A stretch of DNA of 64,000 nt. It comes from Styela clava. Lineage: Eukaryota. A program made the translations under genes and the position numbers. The DNA is taken from contig NC_135251.1 of assembly GCF_964204865.1 (NCBI RefSeq), positions 26,908,001 through 26,972,000 of the forward strand. Direction: 5' to 3'. Of the stretch, positions 25,744-38,430 are shown piece by piece (positions within the stretch are counted from its first letter, which is position 1; every line of letters starts with the position of its first letter). The notes under the pieces were generated by a model. The model did no database searches and had not been told where the DNA came from. It saw only the letters and a list, made by a program, of their open reading frames with translations.

Positions 25744-28482
25744 CTACTTCTTTGCCTGCGTTACTTCTATTGGGTAATATGGAAACACGGTGGTTTTGTC
25801 GTTGTGTTTCCAGGCAATTCTTGTCCCCACTATGTCCCAAGCAGAAGAATTCTTTTCGTTTGCTGAATAGTAAAGATCGCCGTTTCCCTCTGGGGCAACT
25901 ACATATTTATTTTTAGAATTGCATTTTAAATGCACACCTCTTCCAATCTGATGCACTGTGAAATCCCTAAAAATAATAATAAATGTGGAGTTTGAAAATA
26001 AAAATTATAAACGCTTCCGTTTTCATTATCAAACTTTCATAGGCAGAAAAACTCTAGTAATACATATTTGTGATTTTGAGTGTGAAAATGAACGGCATCT
26101 ACACGAACAAGATTGATGCAGTGGAGCCTTACTTGAAAATGAGCAAACCCATTGGGTTATAGTTGATTGGGCATTGATAGGCGCGCGACAAGGTGGGTAC
26201 ATGGGAGGGATCTTTTTTAAGTTCGTACTGCAATTATCGTACTAATTGGTTTCTCGGGACGTGAAAGACTGTACTTCGCCGTTCAATCCCCGATGGGCGA
26301 CCGACTGGACAGGAGTTTTTAGTTGAGTTTGTCTGCTTATGCCGTTTGGATATATTTTAAAATTTATCAAACAGGGTCACAGTGAATATGATGTTTTGCC
26401 GATTAGAATGACATTCAAATAAGAAATGAGTAGCTTTCGACATATAGGGCTGAGTTCATTGCATCAATTCTTCTCTTTTTACGTTAGGTCGCTTCAATAT
26501 CATACAGATTTTTATTATTATTACAGAATTAGGCGTTTTACCTTGTCTAGATTACAGATAAAGTTTAGAGTTTTAGTTTAAAGAGCACTTTTTGTCTCGC
26601 AGTGAATAAATGATACCTACGCTGGGGCTGATCCGAACAATAGTTGACTGTTTGCATACAAATTTCCGACTGAAAATTCGTAATTCAGATCAGGACCAAA
26701 GCTGAGCTGCCATTCCTGGTGCGTACTAGTTTGTTGGACTTGGATTGGTGCGTTTATTCGTGCATCTTGGCACATCCATTTTTGTGAACTAGTAGCATTT
26801 TGAATTTCAACGTAATAGGAAGAAAGCATACTGTAAAAATATGTAAATTAATATTAGAGATTTTGGTACTCCTGAAGTATTCGCACCAAGATGTCGCATA
26901 ACCTAAACCCTAACCTGGTACACAACCTGAGTTCAGGTTGTGCGCCATCTTGGTGCACATACTTCAGGAAGTCCGAGATTTTTATATTTACTGGGAATAT
27001 AATGAAACTCTTTCTATTCAGCAACCATTTCCATGTTGCGTTATCAAGATACTTGATTATATCAACTTTCAAAAAGTAAAATGACTCACATTGTGATATC
27101 TTCGAACGAAGGCGTAATGAACCATTCCATATCATCAATAGGATTTTCAGATGTTGTCATTTCCAACATTCCTCCGCTATTACGTAGGTATCTATCACGT
27201 GCATTTTGAGCCCGCAGAAACATCCCGAAGTTTGGTTGAGGCAGCATATGAAAAAATCTACAAAAAATATACAGTTATAATTGGGCTTACCATATTTCTG
27301 AAGCAAAAGTACGGGACAGTGCAAATTGAACAAGCCAACCTTTGTTCGATGCCGAGTATCATAGTAATAGTTAAAACTTTCTCGCTGCCATTTTGGGTAG
27401 ATTATGGGCAACAAAATGAGCTGTAAATCCTATTGAAAAATACCCTCCATTGGATTTTGCTACAAATATTAGGATTCGTTCTTCAACTCGTTAGAAAACT
27501 TTCACTCTGTTGGTATACCAATAATATTGAGAATATTTGTGAGCATATCGCTGGAGGGGATATTTTGAACCCCGACTGTTTGCATTAATACACAGGGCGC
27601 ATTTTTTTTTTTGTATGTTTGTTTTTGGGCGCAGAATTTTTGATCAATTAACACAAATAACTTGAAGTTTTTATTCATTACTTATCGATCTCGATCGATA
27701 AAGTATTTTTTATCTCTACTTACAGATACCATTCCTATTATCTACAATCCAGTAATTCCCAACAAGAAGCTCATGTGTCCCGTGGATCGATCGGAATATT
27801 TTGGGGGTTCATGAGCTATAAAAACAAAACAGCGAAATTGATCCCATTTTTTATTGTGTTTTAGCTTTCATAAACACGACACAATAAACCAGATTACGAA
27901 TTAACACAGAATCTAGCTCACGTGAACAAACATATATATAGTTATAACCTTTCAAAACTTATTCTATTTGGGTACTCCTGTAGTATGCGAAACAATGTGG
28001 CGGACACCGGAACGTAGTTTTTAATAGAAGGTCATACTCATTAGTTTAACGAATCATTAAACTAAGCCATGTTGACGGGCCAGTCAGTACATCTTGCGTG
28101 ATGCAGAAAGGAAAAGTTTATAATTTCTTGTTTTATACTTAAAAACTGTCAATAAATTTAAAAATCAGTATTTGCTTTACCTTCCTTTCCCGTTGTCCTG
28201 CGTGATCTCATCTAACTCTTGTAAAGTAACGCCGTCGCTGTTGAAGTTATACGTAACGTACATCTTTTTTTCGTCTTCTGATAAAATGTAAAAACTCCAC
28301 AAGGCTTCATTATCTAATTTCTCAAGCCCCCACCCTTCCGTTTTGTTGGGATTTAGCTGTACAGGTATATTGTCATGCAAGGATCTGTTTTGTGATATCC
28401 ATTTTCTTCCGTTTCTGTCACCTATTTCAAGCTGGAAGTTCTGATCGTTTTCATTTGTTGTTCTCGCACAATATGATTGCAT
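25744..28482 (-). CDS. Double beta-trefoil-like protein, paralogue 4, 300 aa; exons 28482-28181, 27257-27090, 26830-26621, 25966-25744
   Basis: GT-AG phase-2 introns (gtaaag, gtgagt, gtaggt); 903 nt open when spliced. Confidence 0.85.
26865..26974. mobile_element. 110-bp hairpin MITE in intron 2 of paralogue 4
   Basis: Inverted arms CCTGAAGTATTCGCACCAAGATG / CATCTTGGTGCACATACTTCAGG; flanking repeat GAGATTTT; CCCTAACC inside; absent from intron 2 of paralogues 2 and 3. Confidence 0.8.
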
Positions 28483-31400
28483 GATCACAATATTCTTTAC
28501 ATAGATGTGCTCACTAATTATGATTACTGATTAAATTTTGAGTATATTTGTGTATCATAAAAGGTCACAGAGAAATAAACACACTAAGCACAAATTTGAG
28601 CTGTTCTTAAATAGCCCTTTATGATGTATGCTGCTATGTACTGCATTAACCCACGTACTAGTGAGTTTATCATTCATTCAAAAGCTCAAACGATTTGAAT
28701 ATCCCAATCAAAGTTCATACTACGTACACAAAATTTGGTTCACGGTTGTTTTCGCAGAAATCAAATAATAAATTCAATTTGGAAATATATATAATAAACT
28801 GAAACTGCAGAGGTTTTGAATGCTTCGCCTGAAGAAGATATATATCAAAAATTGATTTCGAAATTCTAAAGTCTGGGAATAATTCTAAAAACTCTTCATT
28901 TCTAATTGCGAAACATTTTGACTAAGTTTTACGTTTACACAGATAAGCTATGCTAAGGATGCAAGCAAATTTAATGTGAAAGAATATTTATTCTCAGTGA
29001 GGTAGCTTTCGTCCTTTTTGTATGTATCAAAGATTTATGTATGCAACACCAGAAAGATGTATAAGTCCCTGTATTAAAAACTGACGCTACATCGTGAGTT
29101 GAAACAAGATTGTTCCATAAATCAAAATAATCGGATGAATGGGGCGGGGCCTAGCTACTGTAATTTCTGGCTCTAAAACTTACTTTTATCTAGAAGAATT
29201 CACTCACGTACTCGGTTCCATTAGATTCAATTATCGGGGTTTTCTTCGTACATCACATTATAAGTTATATCTGTATATACAGAGAGGAGGTAGTTGAATC
29301 TTGATGAATGGGTGTTATTTCAGTAATCGAATACTATTGAAAACATTGCTTGTTATGAATACATGTGCGCTGACGCAAAGGCGAGAACATTCGTTGACGC
29401 CACTTTGGCAATTTAGGATGGTAACGCAAACCTTCGAAGGCTGGAAAAATACTATCTCAGGCCCTACGTCTCAATTAATTTGATAGAGCGCTTGCAAAAT
29501 AGCCAATATCCAAAAAATGAAGTACCGTATATTCTCGTTTTACCGCCCGATCTTCAATAATGGTCCGTTTGAATAGCCGCATGTGTGAACAAAACATAAA
29601 AATAAATAAGGGCCGGAGCTTTGAATACCCGCCCCATGTAAAAGCTGATTTTCAGTGGTAGAGAACAATATGAAATAAGGAGCGCTTTTGTCACAACGCT
29701 GTTGAATTTTAAGCGCTGGTAGATAACACTCACGTCTTAGGCGTCCAATTACATACCAGATAGCATTGATTACGTGACACCGTGGTTCTCAAACTGGTAG
29801 TCGCGACTCCCAAATGCGTCTTTTCAATATTGATAGGGCGTCGCAAAACTTTTTTCCTTTTGCGGATTTGTACTTGCGGTGCGTAGAAAAAGTCAAAATT
29901 TTGTTATTCTGTTTAAATCATACTTGAGAACTGGAAATGACAATATTTTAGTTATTGTAACGATCGATCTTATCTATATATATATATTTTTTTTATATAT
30001 TTTTGTGTATAATTTTACTTTAAAAATAACAATCGCCCGTGCTTGAATAAGATCCCGGTTAGTGAGTTTGGTTAAAAAAGTATGGGCCCGGGCAACAAAA
30101 CGAGCAAATACGGTAATTGATATTCATCATGAGCATTACAGGTTACATTGATGAAATATTGTTTATACCTTGGTTATTTCGAATATCAATTTCTTCACTT
30201 CCTAAATATTGGATATTTCGCGCTAACCAGTTAATTGAATGTTTACAAGTTTTTACTTTGACTCATTATAATTCTCAAAGAAATATGAATAGCCTATGGA
30301 CATGAAAGCCAAAACAAAATATGTTATTCACAATTTCCCCGAAACCATATCCTGAACCAAGCTCCAACGGGCTGGCCATATCCATGGGTTTAGTGTAGTT
30401 TACTACCACAAGTACTTCTAGTGAGCGTGTCGTAAATATTCTTTTGCATATGTCATTTCACACCTCAACCTAACTGGGCCATCTAAAAAATATGTCACTA
30501 CACCTGATTGCTTGTCGTACTCGCACCAAAACATTTCCGGTAAGCGAGCAACGATTTCGAATCAAAGAGGAGACAGCCATCACGCTTGGTGGGATACAAG
30601 AACCGTGCTTCGATGAGTAAAAATAGCGAAATTCAGGGTCAAATATCAGATCTCATAGAATTCACAAGAAATTCATGAGTATTTAAATTTCTAGCGATGA
30701 TAACAATTTTTAATAAAAAATTTAAAATCAATCGTAAAGTTGGAACGTGAATTCCAATCCACTCAACGTTATTGCAGTGGAGTCCTATTCGCACCCGCCT
30801 TGAAGAATTATGCGCAATCTCCCAGCTTCTAGTAACTGCACAACCAAAGTAAAGAGGCAACGAGATCCTTAGAAAACGAACTGTATTCATCAATCTCCAC
30901 ATATGGGTAAAATGTAGCTACGGCACAAAAACTTGAAAACAAACGATAAAACTAATTTATAACGACACGGATGCACTATGAACAAGCAATGAAAGAATGA
31001 CAAAATAGCATTCACAATGACAAGCTATAATAACCAATACTAAAGAGGACCTAACTGAGCTAAATTAATATAACAGATTTCACGAAACCCGCACCCCTAA
31101 TGTAAGCTATATCCAAGACAAATATCAATACTAAACGACACTTTCGCAATCCCACAATGCCGTATAGAACAAAGTATCAGGGAAGCGTTATCTCAAAACC
31201 CGAGGAAAAAGGTTCACTCCCTATATCTTCACTATGGCGCAATAATGAGTCACCGTCAACAGGTAATAAAGATAATGAAGATACAACATAATTCGTCTGG
31301 GATTGTTAATATAATAGAGAAATATAAATGGACAAAAGTGTGAGGCGTGCGAGGTCAAATCTACAATTCCGGCCCCAGATAATTTAGACTTATATTTATC

Positions 31401-32307
31401 TCAATAAAAGAGGTGATCGAAGTAGCCGAACACAAAACATATAAGTAAACCAAAAAAAAAATGATGAATACGAAATTGTGCATGGAAAAATGTGAACAGT
31501 GTGAAATGTGGGGCTGGGAATTTCAGGGAAAACACTTTAACCGTTAACCGGGTAAAATTAACCGGTTAACCGCCGCGTGACGTTTGACGTAATAATTTAT
31601 AATTTCAGCTTGTTACGTCACAATGCTTATAAAGCAATTTCGCGTGTTCTTATCCCGGTATCGCTTATTAAAATTATTCACGAATCGAGATAGTTTCATG
31701 ATTACTCTGCTGCAAGAGATAGGCAGCGTGGTTCATGTGGAAGTATTTTAGAAAACCTGATTCCGTTGTTAAACGTCATTTATGTCACAAATTATCAGTG
31801 TTCGATGTGCAAATTTTACTTCGAGATATATCATATAAAGAAAAACGTCATCAACTGCGCACTTGTTGTATGACATTGAATATCCGATTTTGCAATGAAA
31901 TCGGAATAAATATTTCGAAATCGGAAAATATATTTCGAAATCGACCGAAAACTGATTCTGAATTCATCATTGTCAAATTTCCATAATCAGCAAACTTGGT
32001 ACTTCCATTATGCACAGTCCTTACCCACACAGTTAATAATATTCATTAAATGCCACATAAGATAAATTTGAGATGACGTAATTGTAATGTCCATGGAATA
32101 CTGATATATTATATGTCTTATATTTGGTCTATGACGTAATAATATGAGGACATCTAGTGATCTAGTTTAGGCCACATGACAGAACATTCTAGAACTACTC
32201 TCGGTGAGCGACGGACGTATGTTGTATTTCTATTTACTTTCATGCAATATATTCTGTGAACAATTGAAGCCTGTGTTACTTGGATTCAAGACCTTGAATA
32301 TTACATC

Positions 32308-32319
32308 TGGCGACGAGGA
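32308..32319 (+). promoter_or_regulatory. Primer-binding site complementary to the 3' end of tRNA-Ser(GCT)
   Basis: TGGCGACGAGGA, 2 nt after the 5' LTR, is the reverse complement of TCCTCGTCGCCA. Confidence 0.8.
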
Positions 32320-32504
32320 ATATTTTAAGTCTCCAACATACGTGGAATACAGAAGCTCGTCGGGGGGAAAAGTTTGCTTTAAGTGCTACCGTAACGTTAC
32401 TTACAGACTTAGTGTCACCGCTAATTTCAAACGTGAAAAATGGCGTCTGCGTTACCGGACTATCCAATTTTTGATTGCGCTGATTTGTCAAGTGCCGGAC
32501 CAAG

Positions 32505-35138
32505 ATGGAAGAAATGGCACTTGCAATGAATATCAAAGATTCTGATGAAGATAAGCAACGGAAGAATTCTCTAATGTTGCACTACATGGGTGAGCAATGT
32601 TACGATATTTATGAAACCTTGAAGGAGGAAAATGATACTTTTGCTGATACAAGAAGAAAATTGACCGAATATTTTGTTCCCAAAGCCAATAGTGAGTACG
32701 AAATTTATTTGTTTCGCAACACAAAACAACATGAGGGTGAGTCACTTGATCAATTTTGTACACGACTTAAGAAAATGGCTGTAAATTGTGAGTTCGATCC
32801 TGAAAAGGTAGAAGGGGAAATCAAAAGTCAAATAATTCAGGGATGCAAATCGTCAGAATTAAGGAAAAAATGTTTAAGCAAAAAGATGGATTTAAAAACC
32901 CTACTCGACAATGGTAAAGCAATGGAACTGGCAAAATCTCATCTGTCTGTGATGGAAGGAAACACTGAAGAAACTGCACAAGAGAATGCGTATCGGATCA
33001 AATCAGTGAACCAAAACAAAACACGCAAGAAAAACAATTACTCAGTGAAAATTTGTTTTTATTGTGGCGGCTCGTTTCCACACAAAGGTCAGTGTCCTGC
33101 TAAAGGGCGAAAATGTTTTAATTGCAATGATTATGGTCATTTTGCAAAGTTTTGTAGGAAGCCAAAACAGAAGAAGTTTTCACGTTCTGTTAATAATTTG
33201 AAAGCAAGCTCAAACAACTCAAGTAAAGTTGAATCTCAAAGTTGTGCAAATTCTGAATACTCAATGAAGGTTGAACAGTCTCAGATTTGTAATAAGCTTC
33301 CAACAGTTGAAGTGGATTTTAATAGTGTTAAATGCTGTTTTATTGTTGACAGTGGTTCTAGTGTTAACATCCTAGACAACAAAGCGTATCAAGAAATACG
33401 GAGGAATACTTCCAAATGTTGCAGGTTGTGTCCTGCTGATACAAAGTTATTTGCTTATGGTAGTGAAAAACCACTGCAGTTAATTGGCAAATTTGCTGCA
33501 AATGTGAAGTCAAATGATGGCCAGCAACTGTCAGCTGATTTCTATATAACGAAACATGCCAAAGGTTGTTTAATGTCCAATGACACAGCAAAACAACTTG
33601 GAATACTGAAGATTATACATTCCGTTGAAAATGAACGAGAAAAGCGTACAAAGGAAATTCTGTCAGAGTATGATAGTATATTTCATGGTGTCGGAAAACT
33701 CAAAGGATACCAGTTAAAGCTGAACATCGATGAATCTGTGGATCCAGTACATCAAAAACACAGAAGAGTACCATTTGAAACCAGAGCTAAAGTGGAAAAA
33801 GCTATTAAAGAGCTATATGAAAATGATATCTGTGAAGATGTGGATAATACACCAACTCCGTGGGTATCTCCTATAGTTGTGGTACCTAAATCCAGTGATC
33901 CTGATAATATTCGATTGTGTACGGATATGAGAGCTGCGAATAAAGCTATCAAAAGGGTGAAACATCCAATGCCAACAATGGATGAGCTAATTCATGACCT
34001 GAATGGTTGCAAGGTATTTTCAAAACTTGATTTAAATCAAGGATACCATCAAATAGAGTTACACCCAGGCAGCAGATATATTACAACGTTCAGTACACAC
34101 CTTGGGATCCATAGACATAAACGTCTCAATTTCGGGGTGAATGCAGCGACTGAAAAATTCCAGTTTATAATTGAACAAGTTCTTCAAGGACTAGAAGGCG
34201 TGAAGAATATTTCGGATGACATCTATATTTTTAGCAAAAATGATGATGGTCACGAGAAGCATATCAGAGCATGTTTACAACGAATCAAAGAAAAAGGTCT
34301 TACGCTTAATAAAAGAAAATGTGAGTTTTTCAAATCATCTATGGAGTTCTACGGTAATATTTTTGGTGAACGTGGAGTGTCTCCTGATCCAAAGAAAATT
34401 AAAGCACTCAAAGAAGCTTTCAGACCTACAGATAAATCACAAGTGAAGTATTTGTTAGGCATGGCACAATATCTCTCAAGATTCATTAAAGATTTAGCAA
34501 TTCTTGTGAAGCCGCTGAGGGAATTGACAAAAAAAAATTCTGATTTCATCTGGAGTGATGAATGTGAAAGTGCCTGGCTGAAGTTGAAAGAAAATCTAAC
34601 AAGTGACACGGTTATGTCATATTTTGATCCTGATCTAAAGACTGAATTAATTGTAGATGGATCGCCATTCGGAATAGGAGCAATTTTGACACAAAAAAGC
34701 TCAAAAAGTGGAAAAGTACAAGTTGTTGCTTATGCATCAAGAAGTCTTGATGATGTTGAAACTCGTTACTCTCAAATCGAACGTGAAGCACTGGCTGTTC
34801 GTTGGGGAGTTGAACACTTTCACTTGTACCTATATGGAATGAATTTCAATGTTATCACTGACCACAGACCATTGGTTAGTATATTTTCAAATGTTACTGC
34901 AAAGCCTTCTCCAAGAATAGAAAGATGGTGTTTACGACTACAGCAATATGATTTTGTTGTGATATACAGACCTGGAGCGAATAATCCAGCAGATTATTTG
35001 TCACGCCATCCATCGAAAGCAGAGAATAACTGTGATCTGAAAATTGCAGAAGAATTTCTGAACTATGTGTGTGAAAGTGCTTGTCCAAAAGCGATCACAC
35101 TAAAAGAAATAGAAGAAGAGACTTTCAATACCCTATGA
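32505..35138 (+). CDS. Gypsy gag-protease-RT-RNase H polyprotein (disrupted)
   Basis: Two zinc knuckles (CFYC..H..C, CFNC..H..C); protease IVDSGS; RT motifs PWVSP, RLCTDMR, KLDL..GYHQ, LNFG and NISDDI; RNase H motifs DGS.FGIGA, YSQIEREALA and TDHRPL. The original start is probably 32440 (MASALPDYPIFD...RWKKW), now out of frame. Confidence 0.9.
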   Translation: MEEMALAMNIKDSDEDKQRKNSLMLHYMGEQCYDIYETLKEENDTFADTRRKLTEYFVPKANSEYEIYLFRNTKQHEGESLDQFCTRLKKMAVNCEFDPEKVEGEIKSQIIQGCKSSELRKKCLSKKMDLKTLLDNGKAMELAKSHLSVMEGNTEETAQENAYRIKSVNQNKTRKKNNYSVKICFYCGGSFPHKGQCPAKGRKCFNCNDYGHFAKFCRKPKQKKFSRSVNNLKASSNNSSKVESQSCANSEYSMKVEQSQICNKLPTVEVDFNSVKCCFIVDSGSSVNILDNKAYQEIRRNTSKCCRLCPADTKLFAYGSEKPLQLIGKFAANVKSNDGQQLSADFYITKHAKGCLMSNDTAKQLGILKIIHSVENEREKRTKEILSEYDSIFHGVGKLKGYQLKLNIDESVDPVHQKHRRVPFETRAKVEKAIKELYENDICEDVDNTPTPWVSPIVVVPKSSDPDNIRLCTDMRAANKAIKRVKHPMPTMDELIHDLNGCKVFSKLDLNQGYHQIELHPGSRYITTFSTHLGIHRHKRLNFGVNAATEKFQFIIEQVLQGLEGVKNISDDIYIFSKNDDGHEKHIRACLQRIKEKGLTLNKRKCEFFKSSMEFYGNIFGERGVSPDPKKIKALKEAFRPTDKSQVKYLLGMAQYLSRFIKDLAILVKPLRELTKKNSDFIWSDECESAWLKLKENLTSDTVMSYFDPDLKTELIVDGSPFGIGAILTQKSSKSGKVQVVAYASRSLDDVETRYSQIEREALAVRWGVEHFHLYLYGMNFNVITDHRPLVSIFSNVTAKPSPRIERWCLRLQQYDFVVIYRPGANNPADYLSRHPSKAENNCDLKIAEEFLNYVCESACPKAITLKEIEEETFNTL

Positions 35139-36433
35139 TGCAAAATGTAAAAAAATGCATTGTTTCTGGAAAATGGCAAGATTATCGAAACTGTGAAGAA
35201 ATGCGAAATTTTGAAAGTTTATCTAGTGAATTGAGCATAACTGAACAAGGCATAATTCTTCGTGGACATCGTATAGTAGTTCCTGTGAAGATGAGAAAGC
35301 AAATGGTCTCCATAGCACATGAGGGACATCAAGGAGTTGCTAAAACAAAAGCATTGATTAGAGCAAAGTTGTGGTTTCCTAATATTGACTCAATGGTGGA
35401 AAACTACATAAAAAATTGCCCAGCTTGTGCCGCTGTTACAAAAGATGAAAGATTCCAACCTTTACGAATGAGTAAATTGCCAAGAGCTGTTTGGAAATCT
35501 CTTAGTGCTGATTTCTGTGGACCGTATCGTAGTGGTGAATATCTCTTGGTAGTCATTGACAACTACTCAAGATTTCCTGTAGTTGAACTCGTAAAATCGA
35601 CATCAGCTCGTAGCGTGATTCCAATCTTTGACAAAATGCTCAAGCCAGATAATGGAACACCGTTTCAAAGTCACGAATTTAAAAGATTCATGGACTACTG
35701 TGGAATTCATCATCAGAAAATAACTCCGTTATGGCCAAGAGGAAATGCCCAAGCTGAAAATTTCATGAAACCACTAAATAAAGCAATCAAAACTGCTACA
35801 GTTGAAGGAAAATCATGGAAACAAGAATTGTATAAATTTCTAAGAAATTACAGAGCGACTCCACATGTAACAACACATAAAGCTCCTGCTGAACTGCTTT
35901 ATGGAAGAAATATTAAAGTTTTATTTCCTGAAGTAATAAAAGTTGCAGATGATAAAGAATTGCGAGAATGTGATTCGAAACAGAAAACCATACAGAAAAG
36001 GTATGCTGATAAGAGACTTTGCACAAGACCTGCTTCTCAACTGCATATTGGTGACATGGTGTTGGTTCGACAAAGAAGATATAACAAGTTAACTCCAGCA
36101 TATAACCCAGAGCCTATGACTGTTGTTGCTGTGAAGGGAAGTATGGTTACTGCAAGAAGTCCTGGTTTGGGTAACAAAACCAGAAATATATCTCAGTTTA
36201 AAAAGGTGAATGATCGACAATTTCAGACTCATGTTCCTGAAATATCAGATGAAATGGAAGTGGCTGCTGATATAATTCCTGAGGCATCAAATGAATCTGA
36301 TTCTCCAGCTGATGAGCAGATTTCATCTAGTTTCTCAAATAATCAACCTCATAACGAGATAGTGGCTCATCGCAAATCAAAGCGTTCAATCAAACTGCCT
36401 AAACGCTCCAGAGATTATAAATTGTATAAATGA
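35081..36433 (+). CDS. Gypsy integrase, frameshifted from pol near 35120
   Basis: HHCC motif (HEGHQG...CPAC); DDE core (ADFCGP, DNG.PF, GNAQAE); YRATPH. There is an apparent short deletion before DNG. Confidence 0.9.
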   Translation: MSKSDHTKRNRRRDFQYPMMQNVKKCIVSGKWQDYRNCEEMRNFESLSSELSITEQGIILRGHRIVVPVKMRKQMVSIAHEGHQGVAKTKALIRAKLWFPNIDSMVENYIKNCPACAAVTKDERFQPLRMSKLPRAVWKSLSADFCGPYRSGEYLLVVIDNYSRFPVVELVKSTSARSVIPIFDKMLKPDNGTPFQSHEFKRFMDYCGIHHQKITPLWPRGNAQAENFMKPLNKAIKTATVEGKSWKQELYKFLRNYRATPHVTTHKAPAELLYGRNIKVLFPEVIKVADDKELRECDSKQKTIQKRYADKRLCTRPASQLHIGDMVLVRQRRYNKLTPAYNPEPMTVVAVKGSMVTARSPGLGNKTRNISQFKKVNDRQFQTHVPEISDEMEVAADIIPEASNESDSPADEQISSSFSNNQPHNEIVAHRKSKRSIKLPKRSRDYKLYK

Positions 36434-37404
36434 ACATTTATTTCAAGGACTGTACTGAGAAAACATAAATAATATGGACTGTTTAGCAATATCAAGCTTG
36501 GTGACTTACTAATACTAACACTATTTTTGAAACTATGATATCAAGCTTGATCAAACATGAATAGACTGTATATAAACATTACCAAGCTGTGTAAAAGAAA
36601 TGAACTGTGATTGTGTTACACTTACAAAAGGGGTGTAGTCAATTAATGATAAATTGTTATGTATAAAGTTGATTATGCCTGAATTTTGATTGTTATAATT
36701 TCATTACTTTGTGAAGTGAATTTCATTGTAGTGTGTTAACTTTTCAATATCACAGTACTATATTTCATTTTTAAGTTTATTGCATGATACTTAAGTGTGC
36801 TTGATAACTATTTCAGACAAATATTTCATGAATGGAAATTTTAGGTTAGCCAAGTACTATCTAGTGTCATAACATATTGCTTATACTTGATTTACATTTG
36901 TGACAGCTATGTGTGAAATGTTCTACAGCTATGTGTGAAATGTTCTACTAGATTATGCATATTCCCAAGTGAAATTTAATGTGATAAATTCCAGATTTAA
37001 GTTAGGGAGGGATGTAATGTCCATGGAATACTGCTATATTATATGTCTTATATTTGGTCTATGACGTAATAATATGAGGACATCTAGTGATCTAGTTTAG
37101 GCCATATGACAGAACATTCTAGAACTACTCTCGGTGAGCGACGGACGTATGTTGTATTTCTATTTACTTTCATGCAATATATTCTGTGAACAATTGAAGC
37201 CTGTGTTACTTGGATTCAAGACCTTGAATATTACAGTAATCATATTTGAAGAAATTGTACGGTATGAAGATGATTTGTACCTGAGATGTCAGTTAACGGT
37301 TAAAATAAATCGTAACCGTTAACCATCTGAAATCGGTTAACCGGTTAACCATTCCCACTCCCCAGCCCTAGAGAAACAAAATGAATAATCATCAATGAGG
37401 TATT

Positions 37405-38430
37405 TTAATCAAGTTCAAGTGAACATATCTTCCAAACATCACGCATGAAGGTAGATTTAGAGGTTCGTACCTTCACCTTACGCACAATGCCTAGTTTATC
37501 GGGATAAACCTCATCCACAACAGCCATTGGCCAAGTACCACAGTGAAGTATGTCATCACACATAAGTACTAAGTTACCAGGCTTTAGGTTAGGGGAGGGA
37601 TGAAACCACTTTGAGCGTTTCTGAAGCAGAGGTAAATATTCCCTAGTAAATCTCTGCCAAAATATATCCAACAACCGCTGGACATGACTATAGCCCTGTC
37701 TATACTCATCATCTCGCAGAAAAACATCAGGGGGTAGATCAGGATCTAATTTACTTAGTAAAATAGAGTTAGGTGACAGGGCATGGAGGTCTCTGGGATC
37801 ATTACTTACTCGGGTAAGGGGTCTGTCATTTAAGAGACCAAAGTGAATAATCTGTTAATGGTTTATCATCGAGCATATTCCTCAGAATCTTCTTAACTTC
37901 TCTGATCAATCTTTCAACAACTCCATTCTGGTGACTCGCAAGAGGTGGTGAAAAATGCCATTGAATTCCCTTTTGTGCAAGAGCATTGTCAATTTGTTTC
38001 TTATTCCAATTTGTAATTCCATCCTTGAGTGCTTTACTCCCAGCAATAAAATTCGTACCATTGTCAGAGTACATGTGAGCTGGTCTTGCACGTCGCGAGA
38101 CAAAACGAAAAAAGCTTGTAAAAATGCAGAGGTATCCAAACTTTCTGCAACCTCCAGATGAATTGCTCGAGTAGAAAGACAAGTGAATATAACTCGGTAA
38201 CGCTTATGTTCGTTTCTGCCCAACTTGACCTTTATAGGACGAAAATATTCAACGAAGCTGTGAAAGAATGGTCTATTCCCTGTACAAAGTCTAACAGCAG
38301 GCATATCTGAGATCCATTGTTTACCAGGTCTGGCAGATCGAATCTTGCATGGCAAGACTGAAGATGCAATATCCAATACTTTTGTAACAAATAAGCCTGT
38401 ACTTGATTGCTTCCACAATGTCCATGTTCA
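37405..38430 (-). pseudogene. BEL/Pao integrase and C-terminal (DUF5641-like) remnant
   Basis: FTCLSTRAIHLEV; YSDNGTNF; PPLASHQNGVVERLI; FWQRFTREYLPLLQKRSKW...WPMAVVDEVYPDKLGIVRKVKV; frameshifted. Confidence 0.9.

Larger units (their letters stand above)
32083..37235 (+). mobile_element. Near full-length Ty3/Gypsy (Mag-like) LTR retrotransposon
   Basis: 223-bp LTRs at 32083-32305 and 37013-37235 (TG...CA, 2 differences seen); 5-bp TSD GTAAT; PBS TGGCGACGAGGA; PPT AGGGAGGGA at 37004-37012. Confidence 0.97.
31509..37370 (+). mobile_element. hAT (Ac-like) deletion derivative interrupted by the Gypsy element
   Basis: Ends TGGGGCTGGG / CCCAGCCCTA; subterminal TTAACCGGTTAA arrays at both ends; BED-finger-like remnant WKYFRK...LCHK at 31735. 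TSD degraded. Confidence 0.7.
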
